This document shows positions 10,059-19,397 of a stretch of 64,000 bases of DNA, in pieces; within the stretch, counting starts at the first letter, position 1; the number at the start of each line of letters is the position of its first letter. The DNA is from an uncultured Chloroflexia bacterium (GTDB taxonomy: Bacteria > Chloroflexota > Limnocylindria > Limnocylindrales > CSP1-4). Position numbers and translations under genes: made by a program. The notes under the pieces are model-generated. The model was given only the letters and a program-made list of their open reading frames with translations. It did no database searches and had not been told where the DNA came from. Location: positions 1-64,000 of the forward strand of contig CAVYIM010000007.1 in the NCBI GenBank assembly GCA_963768655.1, given 5' to 3'.

Positions 10059-10979
10059 ATGTCAGAGGCGCAGGGAGTATACGACGGGTCGGCCGGGGGT
10101 TCGGGCGGCTCGGTCGATCTGGTCGTCGTCGGCGCCGCGTCGCGGGACGTCACGCCCGACGATCCGCGGGGCTGGCGGCTCGGCGGCGCGGCGTCGTACT
10201 GCTCGCTCGCGGCGGCGCGACTGGGATTGCGCGTGGGCTGCGTGATCGGTGTCGACGGACCGGCGGCCGAAGCGACCGAGCTGAGCCTGCTCGAGGCGGC
10301 GGGCGTGCTGGCACGGCGGGTGCGGCTGGAGCACGGCCCGGTCTTCGAGAACATCGAGCGCGACGGGCATCGGCGCCAGCGGTGGCTGTCGAGTTGCGAC
10401 GTGGTGCCGGTGTCGGCTCTGCCGGAGGAGTGGCGCGGGGCGCGAGGCTGGCTGCTCGGGCCGGTCGCCGGGGAAGTGCGTGTGGAGTGGGCCGCCGTCG
10501 CCTCGGCCCGCGAGGACGCGTGCGTCGCGGTCGGCTGGCAGGGTCTGCTGCGCGAGTTCGCCCCCGATGGTTGGGTGAAGCGGATCGACCCGGCTCCGTC
10601 GCCGCTGCTGCAATCGGCCGGGTTGGTGTGTGCCAGCGTCGATGACGTGGCCCCCGGCCTGGGCCTTGCGGAGCTGCGCGCCTTTGCGCCTCGGGCGACG
10701 CTGGTCCTGACTGCCGGCGATCGCGGGGGCCTGGCCATGCGCGACTCGCACCTCGTCCGCTACCCGGCCATCCCAGCCCTACACGTCGTCGACCCGACCG
10801 GCGCCGGCGACGTGTTCCTGGCGGCGCTGATGGCCGCGTGGCTGCTGCGGGGGGAATTGGCCACGTCGCGGGCTCTGCGTTTCGCGGCGGCCGCCGGCTC
10901 GTGCGCGGTGGAGGGGGCGGGCCTGGCGGGCGTACCGACTGAAGCTCAGGTAGCCGAGCGAGCCCACCGCCGCGCCTGA
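10059..10979 (+). CDS. PfkB-family carbohydrate kinase
   Basis: GGAASY, DPTGAGDVF signature. Confidence 0.88.
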   Translation: MSEAQGVYDGSAGGSGGSVDLVVVGAASRDVTPDDPRGWRLGGAASYCSLAAARLGLRVGCVIGVDGPAAEATELSLLEAAGVLARRVRLEHGPVFENIERDGHRRQRWLSSCDVVPVSALPEEWRGARGWLLGPVAGEVRVEWAAVASAREDACVAVGWQGLLREFAPDGWVKRIDPAPSPLLQSAGLVCASVDDVAPGLGLAELRAFAPRATLVLTAGDRGGLAMRDSHLVRYPAIPALHVVDPTGAGDVFLAALMAAWLLRGELATSRALRFAAAAGSCAVEGAGLAGVPTEAQVAERAHRRA

Positions 10980-11046
10980 CGACGCCTGCCCCAGCGCAAA
11001 CGATGGGCGTTGTCTGACCCGGCCGTGGCTCGCTATCATCCGGCGG

Positions 11047-12240
11047 ATGGATTCCCGCCGACGCTCGTTGCTCCCGGCCGCGGGAGTCCTGGGCGCCTTC
11101 GTCTACTTCCTGGTCGGATGGTGCGGGCTGCTCGTCCCGTCGCTGATCCGCTCGATCGAAAGAAGCTACGACCAGTCGGATGCCGGAGTCGGCATCTACT
11201 ACTTGGTCGCCGCCTTCTTCTACGCCGCCGGATCGCTCGGGGGCGCCGTCGTCACTGAGCGCATCGGACGTCGCCCGGTGCTCGCGTTCGCTTCGGTACT
11301 CCTGGCCGCGGGTCTCGCGATACTCGGAATAGCGCCGTCGTGGGAGGCCTTCATCCTGGCTGCGATTCCCGTTGGGTTGGGCGTCGGGGCGCTCGACGGT
11401 GGGGCGAACGGCCTCTATCTGGATGTCTTCTCGTCGAGTCGAGGTGGGGCCCTCAACCTGCTCCATCTGTGCTTCAGCCTGGGTGCGCTCCTGGCGCCCC
11501 TTGCTGTCGGCCCTCTCGTCGAAGCAGGCATGCCCTGGCAGGTGGCGCTCCTGGCGACGGCCGTCGTGGCGCTGCTGCTCGGTCTGCCGCTGCTGGCGGT
11601 ACCGATGCCCGCGGGTCGCCGGGCGGCTGTGAGACCTGAGCGGCGGTCGGAAGGAGCGACCGGATCGAGCTTTGCGCGGCTGCCGATCCCGCTCCTTCTG
11701 CTGTGTGTGGCGATCGGCTGCTACATCGCCTCGGAGGTGGGGGTCAGCGACTGGATGGTCCGCTTCCTCGAGGCCGCGCCGCTGACCGTGGCCACGTCGG
11801 CCCTGGCACTGTTCTGGGGCGCGATGGCCCTCGGCCGGCTCGGTTCGGCCCGCCTCGCCGATCGCGTGGATCACGTCCGATACGCGACCCTGGCGGCGGT
11901 GGCGATGTCGATCGCCATTGCCGGCGCTATCGTCGTCCCGTCGGTCCCGGCGTCCATCGTCCTGTTCGGGCTGGCCGGTCTGGCGGCCGGGCCCGTGGCT
12001 CCGATGATCGTGGTCGTCGCCGGCGATCGCTATCCCGATCGATCGGCCGCGGTCGGCGGCTACACGACGACCGCCGCCGTCGCCGGGTCGATCGGCCTTC
12101 CGACGCTAATGGGCTTCCTGTCAGTGACAGTCGGTCTGGCGATGGCGATGACCGCGACGGTCGGACTCGGCCTCCTCTGCGCCGTCGCGCTCATGTTCGC
12201 GGGGCGACGCGGCCGAATCCCGGGAACGGCCGCTGCCTGA
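11047..12240 (+). CDS. MFS transporter
   Basis: About 12 TM segments, ERIGRR loop motif. Confidence 0.9.
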   Translation: MDSRRRSLLPAAGVLGAFVYFLVGWCGLLVPSLIRSIERSYDQSDAGVGIYYLVAAFFYAAGSLGGAVVTERIGRRPVLAFASVLLAAGLAILGIAPSWEAFILAAIPVGLGVGALDGGANGLYLDVFSSSRGGALNLLHLCFSLGALLAPLAVGPLVEAGMPWQVALLATAVVALLLGLPLLAVPMPAGRRAAVRPERRSEGATGSSFARLPIPLLLLCVAIGCYIASEVGVSDWMVRFLEAAPLTVATSALALFWGAMALGRLGSARLADRVDHVRYATLAAVAMSIAIAGAIVVPSVPASIVLFGLAGLAAGPVAPMIVVVAGDRYPDRSAAVGGYTTTAAVAGSIGLPTLMGFLSVTVGLAMAMTATVGLGLLCAVALMFAGRRGRIPGTAAA

Positions 12241-12275
12241 CCTGGAGCGCAGCCCGGCCGTCTAGCGGGTCGGCG

Positions 12276-13607
12276 TCAGATCCCCGCCCGCTCCAGGCGG
12301 CGCGCGAGCCTGGCCCGGCGGCACGCAAGGTCCGCTTCGAGGCCGCGGCGCAGGGCTGCCTGGTCGTGCCCCCGGCTGCGGTAGAGCGCCAGGAGAGCTT
12401 CGTCCGTGGCGGCCCAGGCGCCCGCCAGGTCGCGCTCGCGATGCTCGCGCTCCTTCGCGAGCTCGATCCAGCCCAGCGCCGCGAGCGGACCCGGAGCGGT
12501 CACCAGGCGGCTCCACGCCACGCCCGCCTCGGCCGTCCGACCCGCGCGGCGCAGCAGCCGCGCCAGCTCGACCGTGGCCAGCGCCACCTCCGGATCGCCG
12601 CCGTCGACGCCCTCGCCGGCGGTCTCCAGGCACGCCACCGCCTCATCGACCCGACCCTCGTGGCGGAAGAGCCGCGCCAGCCGCACGAGATCGCCCTTCG
12701 GAGCCCAGCGCCGCACCTCGCCGACGCCGTAGCCGCGCTCCAGGTGCGCCAGGATCCGCCCGAGCGTCACCACGTCCTCGGCGTTGTGGCGGGCCACGAC
12801 GCGGAGCGGTCCAACCGGTCCGCCGCGCAAGAACGAGTGGTAGACGGCGGGGATCTCCGACGCGGGAATGTCCGGGGCGCGGTGGCGGCGCAGGAGATGC
12901 CGCTCCACGGTCTGCAGGCGTGCGTCGGGCAGGCGGTGGCGGAAGAGCCGGCGGACCAGCAGAAGCAGGTCCAGGTGGCCGTCGGTCGAGGGCGGCCGGT
13001 CGCGGTTCATTCGAAAGCGCGTCTCCAGGAGCGGCCAATCGAAGCTTCGACCGTTGTAGGTCACGAGCCAGGCGTTCGACGGCGTCTCGGCCCGGAGCGC
13101 GTCGAGGAGAGCGCCCTCTTCGGAGTGGTCCGGCAGGGCCAGCTGGAGCAGCCGCAGCCGGTCGCCCTCCCACCAGGCCAGCCCGATCAGGAAGGCCACG
13201 GTTCCGGCGGCGCTGCCCAGACCGGTCGTCTCGGTATCCAGGCAGAGGAGGGGAGTGGAGGGTGACGGCATCCCCGGCAGGCCGGCCAGTCGATACCGAT
13301 CGACCGGCAGGTAGACCGGCCGGAGCTCGCGTCGGACGTACCAGCCGCGCGGCGTCTCGATGGCATCGCCGTCCAGGCCCGCTGCCAGCCGGCGGGCCAG
13401 AGACGCGGGATCGACCGGCCCGACGTCGCGCCAGACCGGTTCGGGCGGCCCGAACGAATCCGCCGCGGCCATGATCGATGCGATCGCCCGGCGGATGTCG
13501 GGATCGGCCTCGCCGGAATGCTCGGCCCGCGCCGCAGCGACGCGCCCCGTGGCGGCCCGTTGCCGGCGCAGATCCTCGATGCGGCGCCCGAGCCGCGTGC
13601 CGTCCAC
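12276..13607 (-). CDS. YprB/MrfB-like RNase H-fold exonuclease with C-terminal TPR-like helices
   Basis: LDTETTGL, TYNGRSFDWP, HLDLL, HNAEDV; directly downstream of the DUF1998 helicase. Confidence 0.88.
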   Translation of the reverse strand: MDGTRLGRRIEDLRRQRAATGRVAAARAEHSGEADPDIRRAIASIMAAADSFGPPEPVWRDVGPVDPASLARRLAAGLDGDAIETPRGWYVRRELRPVYLPVDRYRLAGLPGMPSPSTPLLCLDTETTGLGSAAGTVAFLIGLAWWEGDRLRLLQLALPDHSEEGALLDALRAETPSNAWLVTYNGRSFDWPLLETRFRMNRDRPPSTDGHLDLLLLVRRLFRHRLPDARLQTVERHLLRRHRAPDIPASEIPAVYHSFLRGGPVGPLRVVARHNAEDVVTLGRILAHLERGYGVGEVRRWAPKGDLVRLARLFRHEGRVDEAVACLETAGEGVDGGDPEVALATVELARLLRRAGRTAEAGVAWSRLVTAPGPLAALGWIELAKEREHRERDLAGAWAATDEALLALYRSRGHDQAALRRGLEADLACRRARLARRLERAGI

Positions 13608-13610
13608 GGT

Positions 13611-15980
13611 TCAGGCGGCCGTCGAGGCGGCACGGCCGGGCGCCCCGCCGCTCGCCGCGCCCCTCTCCGCCGCGCCCCTCGCCACGGCGCCGCGCGCCTC
13701 ATCCGCCACCAGAGCGCCCAGTAGCCGCAACGCCAGCGCCTTCGCGTCCACGTCCGGCTCGAGACGTGGCCCCGTGCAGGCCGGGCAGCCGCTGGCGCAG
13801 CCGCACCCGGCGATCAGCTCGGCTGCGCCCGCGATAAGCTCGGCGTGGCGCTCGAACAGGCGCTCTGACAGGCCGACGCCGCCGGGCACGCACTCGTACA
13901 GGTAGACCGTCGGTTCCTGGTTGTGCGGCGAACGGACCTGGCTCACCAACCCCAGGTCGCGCGGATCGACCATCAGCAGCACCGCCGCGACCGCCTGCAT
14001 CGCCCGGCCTGCGCCGAGCAGGGCGACGTCCAGGTCGGCTCGCCGCCAGCCCCGCGCCGCCCCGCCGGCCATGAGCCAGTAAGCCGTCGTCTGGAGCTCG
14101 ATCTCGGGCAGGTGGACCGGTCCCCAGCCCAGGTTCTCGTCCGTCCCGAACTTGAGCTTCTTGAACATGCTCACCAGGCTCGAAACCATGACCTCGCCGT
14201 GGGCCCGGCTGCCGCCGGCGGCAGCCGCGGAGTCGAACGTCTCGAGCGGCTTGAGCGTTACCGCACGGTCTGCGTACGTGTAGTGGTCGATGTCGACGCG
14301 GCGGACGTAGGCCTTGCGCTCGTCCCAGTCGAGCCGATCGACGTGGTACTGCGCCGACTCGTGGATGTAGATCGCGTCCTCGTGGACGAGCGTCTGGGCC
14401 GCGAAGATGTCGATCTCGCCGATCACACGCGGCCGGTCCGGAGTGGTGTCGATGATGACGACGTTCTCCTCGGCCGCGGCCCGCAGCGAGACCGACGAAG
14501 CCGGGAAGTTCTCGTTCGACCAGTACCAGCGATCGTCGCCGGCGCGCCGGACCAGGCCCTCCTCGCCAAGGAACGCGAGCAGCGGCTCGGCATCGGTTGG
14601 GCCGAACCGTTCGCCCGGCTCGAACGGAAGCTCGAAGCAGGCCGCCTTGAGGTGCGCGAGCAGGACGTGCAGGTTGTCGGGGTCGAGGCGGGCCTCCTCG
14701 AGCGTGGACGCGAGCAGGAACTCCGGGTGCTCGACGACGTAGCGGTCCACCGGACCGCCGCCCGCGATGAGGACCGCAACGCTCGTCTCCTGCCGCCGTC
14801 CGGCGCGGCCCATCTGCTGCCAGGTGGCCGCGATCGAGCCCGGATAGCCGGCCAGGATCGCGACGTCCAGCTGGCCCACGTCGACGCCCAGTTCCAGGGC
14901 GTTAGTGCTGACGACGCCCAGCAGCTCGCCGTCGCGCAGGCCCCGCTCCACGGCCCGGCGCTCCGTGGGCAGATACCCGCCTCGATAGCCCCGAACGCGG
15001 CTGCGCGGCCCGTCGCCCAGCCGCAGAGATTCCCGGAGCGTGGAGAGCATCAGCTCCACGGCCATTCGCGAGCGGCCGAAGACCAGGGTCTGGCGGCCGG
15101 CCCGCAGGAACGGGAGAGCCCAGCGAGTCGCCAGCGTCAACGCCGAGCCGCGCGCTCCGGTGGCCGGATCAAGCAGCGGCGGTTGGACCATGAGCACGTG
15201 GCGCTCGCCGGTTGGGGCGCCGTTGCGGTCCACAAGTCGAGCCTGCCGTCCCGTCAGGGCGGCCGCCAGCTCCGCCGGGTTGCCGATCGTGGCCGAGCAG
15301 CACACGATGACCGGGTGCGAACCGTAGTGGGCGCAGATCCGGAGTAGCCGCCGGAGGACGTTGGCGACGTGGCTGCCGAACAGACCTCGATAGGTGTGCA
15401 GCTCGTCGACGACGATGATGCGCAGCTGCTCGAACAGCTGAAACCATTTCGTGTGGTGGGGCAAGATGGCGGCGTGAAGCATGTCCGGGTTCGTCACGAC
15501 CACCTGACCGGCCGATCGGATCGCGGACCTGATCGGGTTGGGAGTGTCCCCGTCGTACGTGGAGGCGTTGATCTGGAGGCCGGCGGCGCGGCTCAGCTCG
15601 CCCAGCTCGGCGACCTGATCCTGGCCCAGTGCCTTGGTGGGGAAGAGGTACAAAGCCCGGGCCGTCGGGTCCTCGGCGAGGGCCTGCAGGGTGGGCACGA
15701 GATAACACAGCGACTTGCCCGAAGCCGTCGGCGTGACCACGACAACGTCATCGCCGGCGCGAACCGCTTCGACGGCTTCGGCTTGGTGGCGGTACAGGCT
15801 CACGATGCCACGGGCGCCGAGGCCGGAGACGATCCGCGGATCGAGCCAGTCCGGCATCGGAACGAAGGCTGCCGGTCTGGCGGGGATCGTGGCCCGATGG
15901 ACTACGCCACTCGACATGGACGGTTCGGTCATGATCTGGGCCAGCACCCGCTCGACACCGGCGGGCTCGTAGTAGCGCAT
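13611..15980 (-). CDS. DEAH-box helicase with DUF1998 (YprA/MrfA/Hrq1-like)
   Basis: PTASGKS, DELH, SAT, TNALELGVD, QMGRAGR, C-terminal CGCASGCPAC. Confidence 0.93.
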   Translation of the reverse strand: MRYYEPAGVERVLAQIMTEPSMSSGVVHRATIPARPAAFVPMPDWLDPRIVSGLGARGIVSLYRHQAEAVEAVRAGDDVVVVTPTASGKSLCYLVPTLQALAEDPTARALYLFPTKALGQDQVAELGELSRAAGLQINASTYDGDTPNPIRSAIRSAGQVVVTNPDMLHAAILPHHTKWFQLFEQLRIIVVDELHTYRGLFGSHVANVLRRLLRICAHYGSHPVIVCCSATIGNPAELAAALTGRQARLVDRNGAPTGERHVLMVQPPLLDPATGARGSALTLATRWALPFLRAGRQTLVFGRSRMAVELMLSTLRESLRLGDGPRSRVRGYRGGYLPTERRAVERGLRDGELLGVVSTNALELGVDVGQLDVAILAGYPGSIAATWQQMGRAGRRQETSVAVLIAGGGPVDRYVVEHPEFLLASTLEEARLDPDNLHVLLAHLKAACFELPFEPGERFGPTDAEPLLAFLGEEGLVRRAGDDRWYWSNENFPASSVSLRAAAEENVVIIDTTPDRPRVIGEIDIFAAQTLVHEDAIYIHESAQYHVDRLDWDERKAYVRRVDIDHYTYADRAVTLKPLETFDSAAAAGGSRAHGEVMVSSLVSMFKKLKFGTDENLGWGPVHLPEIELQTTAYWLMAGGAARGWRRADLDVALLGAGRAMQAVAAVLLMVDPRDLGLVSQVRSPHNQEPTVYLYECVPGGVGLSERLFERHAELIAGAAELIAGCGCASGCPACTGPRLEPDVDAKALALRLLGALVADEARGAVARGAAERGAASGGAPGRAASTAA

Positions 15981-15995
15981 CGCCGTACCTCAAAC

Positions 15996-16030
15996 AGAAC
16001 GTCCGTACGAAACCAGCCAACAGTCTAGCA
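15996..16030 (-). promoter_or_regulatory. putative LexA (SOS) box with extended -10 for the helicase-exonuclease operon
   Basis: AGAAC-gtcc-GTACG at 15996-16009 (7/8 match to GAAC-N4-GTTC); minus-strand TG-c-TAGACT at 16030-16022. Confidence 0.55.
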
Positions 16031-16090
16031 GCGTGGGCAAGCATGTGGTTCGGTTGACACGTCAGCTGCCGCCGAGCTACGATCCCGGGA

Positions 16091-16543
16091 ATGCGACGGA
16101 ACGAAGTGGACGCCTACGCGGAGCAGGAGGCGCGGGCCGCTGCCGAGGCCGGTCTGTCGCTCGGGCTCTCACGGCGGAAGCTGGCCGTGATCGTGGGCGG
16201 GTTGGTTTGCCTGTGGCTGGTCGGCGTCTTTGCCCACCAGGTGGGGGAGGCGGCCGCCGCCTCAGACCAGGTCGATGCGATGCGGGCCCGCAATGCCGCG
16301 GTCGTGAGAGAGATCAATTCGCTCCAGGCCGAGCTCGAGGTTATCCAGCAGACGGGTTTCATCGACTTCACGGCGCGGGGCTACATGCTCGGCTCGCCGC
16401 GCGAGATCCCGTTCACGATCGATCCCGCGGCGCCTGCGTTGCCTGCAGATGCGCCGGGTTCGACCGGCATCAATCCGCAGGCCGTCTCCCAGCCCGAGAC
16501 TCCGCTCGACGCCTGGCTGCAGGCACTCTTCGGCTCGAGGTAG
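16091..16543 (+). CDS. septum formation initiator (DivIC/FtsB-like)
   Basis: Single TM, coiled coil, FIDFTARGYMLGSPRE resembling the FtsB C-terminal motif. Confidence 0.65.
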   Translation: MRRNEVDAYAEQEARAAAEAGLSLGLSRRKLAVIVGGLVCLWLVGVFAHQVGEAAAASDQVDAMRARNAAVVREINSLQAELEVIQQTGFIDFTARGYMLGSPREIPFTIDPAAPALPADAPGSTGINPQAVSQPETPLDAWLQALFGSR

Positions 16544-16664
16544 CTCGGGCGTCCGACTTTCCGCGTGTCGCCTGACCCCGCGGCCCTGCCCCGCCATCTG
16601 CCCCTCGGCCGTGCCGCGCCAGAACGCGCGCGCCAGCGCGTGCCTCGCCGTTAGGATTGTCTGA

Positions 16665-17600
16665 GTGGATACCAACGTTCATGATCGCCGCCCGCTTCGA
16701 GTAGGGGTTCAGCTGCCCGAGATCGAGCGCCCCGTACGCTGGCCGGAGTTGGCCGCGATGATCCGGCGTATCGAGGCGCTGGGCTTCGACTCGATCTGGA
16801 CCGGCGATCACTTCCTGTACCACCTGGCCGACGGCACGGCCGACGCGCCGTGGGACGCCTGGAGCGTCCTTGCCGCCGCCGCGGCGATCACGTCGCGGGT
16901 GAAGCTCGGGCCGCTCGTCACGCCGGTCGGTTTCTACAACCCCGCGGTGCTCGCCAAGAAGGCGGCGACGGTCGACGAGATCTCCGGCGGGCGGCTGATC
17001 CTGGGATTGGGCGCGGGCTGGAACGAGACCGAGTTCCGCGGCTTCGGCGTCCCGTTCGACCACCGCGTCTCGCGTTTCGAGGAGGCGTTCACGATCATCC
17101 GAACGCTGCTGGCCGACGGCGAGATCGACTTTGCGGGGACGTACTTCAGCGCCCGGGATTGCCAGCTCGTGCCGCGATCCAGACCCGGCGGCCCGCCGCT
17201 GATGATCGGCTCCATCGGGGAGAGGATGCTCGGCATCACGCTGCCGTACGTGAGGTCGTGGAACGTCTGGCATACCGAGACTCACAACAGCCCGGCTGGC
17301 GTGGCGCCGCTGCTGACCAGGGTCGCCGCCGCCTGCGACGCCGTGGGCCGCGATCCCGCCACGGTCGAAGCCACGGTGGTCGTCCTCGTGCGTATGCCCG
17401 GTGGCAGGGGGCGACGCCAGGGCGACGGCACGCTCGACAGGACGCCTAACCCGCTCCAGGGCCCGCCGGAGGCGATCGCCGAGGAATTGCGCGCCTACGC
17501 CCGCGCCGGCGTCGCCGAAGTCCAGCTCGTCGTCGATCCGATCACCATCGAGTCGCTCGAAGACCTGGCGCCGGCCCTGGAACTTCTCGATCGCGGCTAG
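16665..17600 (+). CDS. LLM-class flavin-dependent oxidoreductase
   Basis: GFDSIWTGDH, LAKKAATVDEISGGRLILGLGAGW. Confidence 0.92.
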   Translation: MDTNVHDRRPLRVGVQLPEIERPVRWPELAAMIRRIEALGFDSIWTGDHFLYHLADGTADAPWDAWSVLAAAAAITSRVKLGPLVTPVGFYNPAVLAKKAATVDEISGGRLILGLGAGWNETEFRGFGVPFDHRVSRFEEAFTIIRTLLADGEIDFAGTYFSARDCQLVPRSRPGGPPLMIGSIGERMLGITLPYVRSWNVWHTETHNSPAGVAPLLTRVAAACDAVGRDPATVEATVVVLVRMPGGRGRRQGDGTLDRTPNPLQGPPEAIAEELRAYARAGVAEVQLVVDPITIESLEDLAPALELLDRG

Positions 17601-17609
17601 AAAAGCGAA

Positions 17610-17640
17610 GGCGGCGGGGCGGATGACCGCCTCGCCGCCC
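17610..17640. terminator. hairpin between convergent genes
   Basis: ggcggcggggcgg-atga-ccgcctcgccgcc. Confidence 0.55.
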
Positions 17641-17669
17641 TTGGTGCGACGTGGTGCTTGCGGCGGGGA

Positions 17670-18764
17670 TTACGGCGTGGCGCCGATCCAGCTGCCGCCG
17701 CCGCTGCACAGGTCGAAGCCGACCAGGCAGGCGGCGCCGTTGTTGCCGCTGGTGATGTCGCGGAACGTGATGCTGGTGCCGTAGACATAGGCCGAGTTCA
17801 CGACCACGCCGGCGTCGGCGGACCTGGCCGCCCACATCGGCGACGAAGCGCTGGTTCCGCCGACGACCCACCAGCCGGACTTGCCGCTGTAGCGGGTGCT
17901 GTCGTAGACGGAGACTCCGGACGCCGGGTCGGCGTCGAGCGAGACATCCGGTGTGGCGCGCTTGCCCTTGCAGTTGACCTGGGCGTAGCCGGCGAAGTCG
18001 GACTGAGCCGCGGTCGCCGTCTCATAGGCGCTGCAGCCGCCGCCGCCGTCGGCCCAGCCGGTCTCGGACGTGACGTTTCCGCTCGCGTCGAAGTGAAGGG
18101 TGGTGCCGCCGACCGAGATCACATCGGGGGACGAAGATGGCCATTCGGCCGGCGTGCCGTCATCGCCGGCCGAGACGAAGAAGCTCACGCCAGCCTGGGA
18201 GAAGTGGGAGTCGTAGGACGTCTCGCTCCTGGACTCGCTGCCGCCCCAGCTGTTGGAGACGTACTGGGCGTGGGCCCGAGCGTAGTCCTCCGCCGTCATG
18301 AGGTTGGACGTGCTGGCCGAGGTGGCTTCCACCAGCAGGATCTTCGCGCCGGGGGCCACGGCGTGGGCCCACTGGATGTCGAGGCTGATCTCGAGCGCCC
18401 ACCCTGAGTCGGTCTTCGGATACTTGCTCGAGCCTGTCTGGCTGACCTTCGCAAAGCAGCCGTTGGCCGTGGTGCACGCGGGCAGGCCGAACTGCGTGCT
18501 GAAGACGCCCAGGTCGGCCTCGGCCGTGGGATCGTCATAGGCGTCGACGATGGCGATCGTCTGGCCCGCCCCGGCCGTGGCGCTGGTCGAGAAGGCGTAA
18601 GCGGCCTTGATGGCGGCGGGCGACAGCCCGGTGGGAGCCGACGTGACCATGGGCCTCACCCGGAACATGGGTTGTGCCCAGTCGCCGGCCGGCGCGGCCG
18701 ACGTCGATGCCGGTAAAGCCACGAGCAGGAGGCTGGCCGACAGGATGCTGACAATGCGCTTCAC
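17670..18764 (-). CDS. secreted S53 (sedolisin-like) peptidase
   Basis: Signal peptide; EISLD, SAGDDG, GGTSAS, DITSGNNG; GTG start with GGAGG RBS. Confidence 0.9.
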   Translation of the reverse strand: MKRIVSILSASLLLVALPASTSAAPAGDWAQPMFRVRPMVTSAPTGLSPAAIKAAYAFSTSATAGAGQTIAIVDAYDDPTAEADLGVFSTQFGLPACTTANGCFAKVSQTGSSKYPKTDSGWALEISLDIQWAHAVAPGAKILLVEATSASTSNLMTAEDYARAHAQYVSNSWGGSESRSETSYDSHFSQAGVSFFVSAGDDGTPAEWPSSSPDVISVGGTTLHFDASGNVTSETGWADGGGGCSAYETATAAQSDFAGYAQVNCKGKRATPDVSLDADPASGVSVYDSTRYSGKSGWWVVGGTSASSPMWAARSADAGVVVNSAYVYGTSITFRDITSGNNGAACLVGFDLCSGGGSWIGATP

Positions 18765-19049
18765 GCGTCCTCCCATGACATCCGGACCCGCCGGGGCCGC
18801 GGACCAGCGCATCTGGCCGACCTCGGGGACGCGCCGTCACGTCCGTGCATCTCGGCACAGGCTATGGGCGTACCTCGCGGCGCGACAACCCATCAAGGTT
18901 GCGTATCGGCAAGTATGTCGACGGCGATGCCCAGCCGGCACGGTCGTGGACGTGGCGCAGGAGGCGCCCCGGGCGATGCCGCGGCGCCGCTGCAGCGTCG
19001 AGCGCCGTGGCCGCGTCTCGGCCCATCCGGTACACTACCGCCGCGCCAC

Positions 19050-19124
19050 GGCGGAGTAGCTCAGTGGTAGAGCAGGGGACTCATAAGCCCTTGGTCACTG
19101 GTTCAAATCCAGTCTCCGCTACCA
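19050..19124 (+). tRNA. tRNA-Met (CAT), probably elongator
   Basis: GGCGGAG/CTCCGCT acceptor stem, CTCATAA anticodon loop, GGTTCAAATCC T arm, encoded CCA. Confidence 0.93.
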
Positions 19125-19134
19125 ATGAATCTCA

Positions 19135-19170
19135 AAGCGACCCGGGCATCGGCCCGGGTCGCTTCGTCCT
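19135..19170 (+). terminator. terminator-like hairpin after the tRNA
   Basis: aagcgacccgggc-atcg-gcccgggtcgctt. Confidence 0.65.
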
Positions 19171-19397
19171 TCGAAGTGCAGCTCTCCTGCCGCGACGGCG
19201 ACCTGCGGGTCCGGTTTGTGCGAACGTCCCCACGACGTGTGGAGTCCTCTACGTGCAGGCGTCGTCGCGCAGCCCGCGACCGCTCGCGTGACCGGCCCGC
19301 TTGACTGCCCGATCGTGCAGGCCGAGCAGTCCTCGGGCGTATACTGCCTCGGCCGACCGGCCGAACCGGTCGCCACATCCGGAGGCTCCGCTACACC

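Noticed and set aside
19050-19124. tRNA-Ile2 or initiator identity; tRNA as an integration site
   Set aside because: Position 1 is G and pairs with 72, there is no C4/C5 TilS-type acceptor, and no integrase or duplicated 3' end is nearby.
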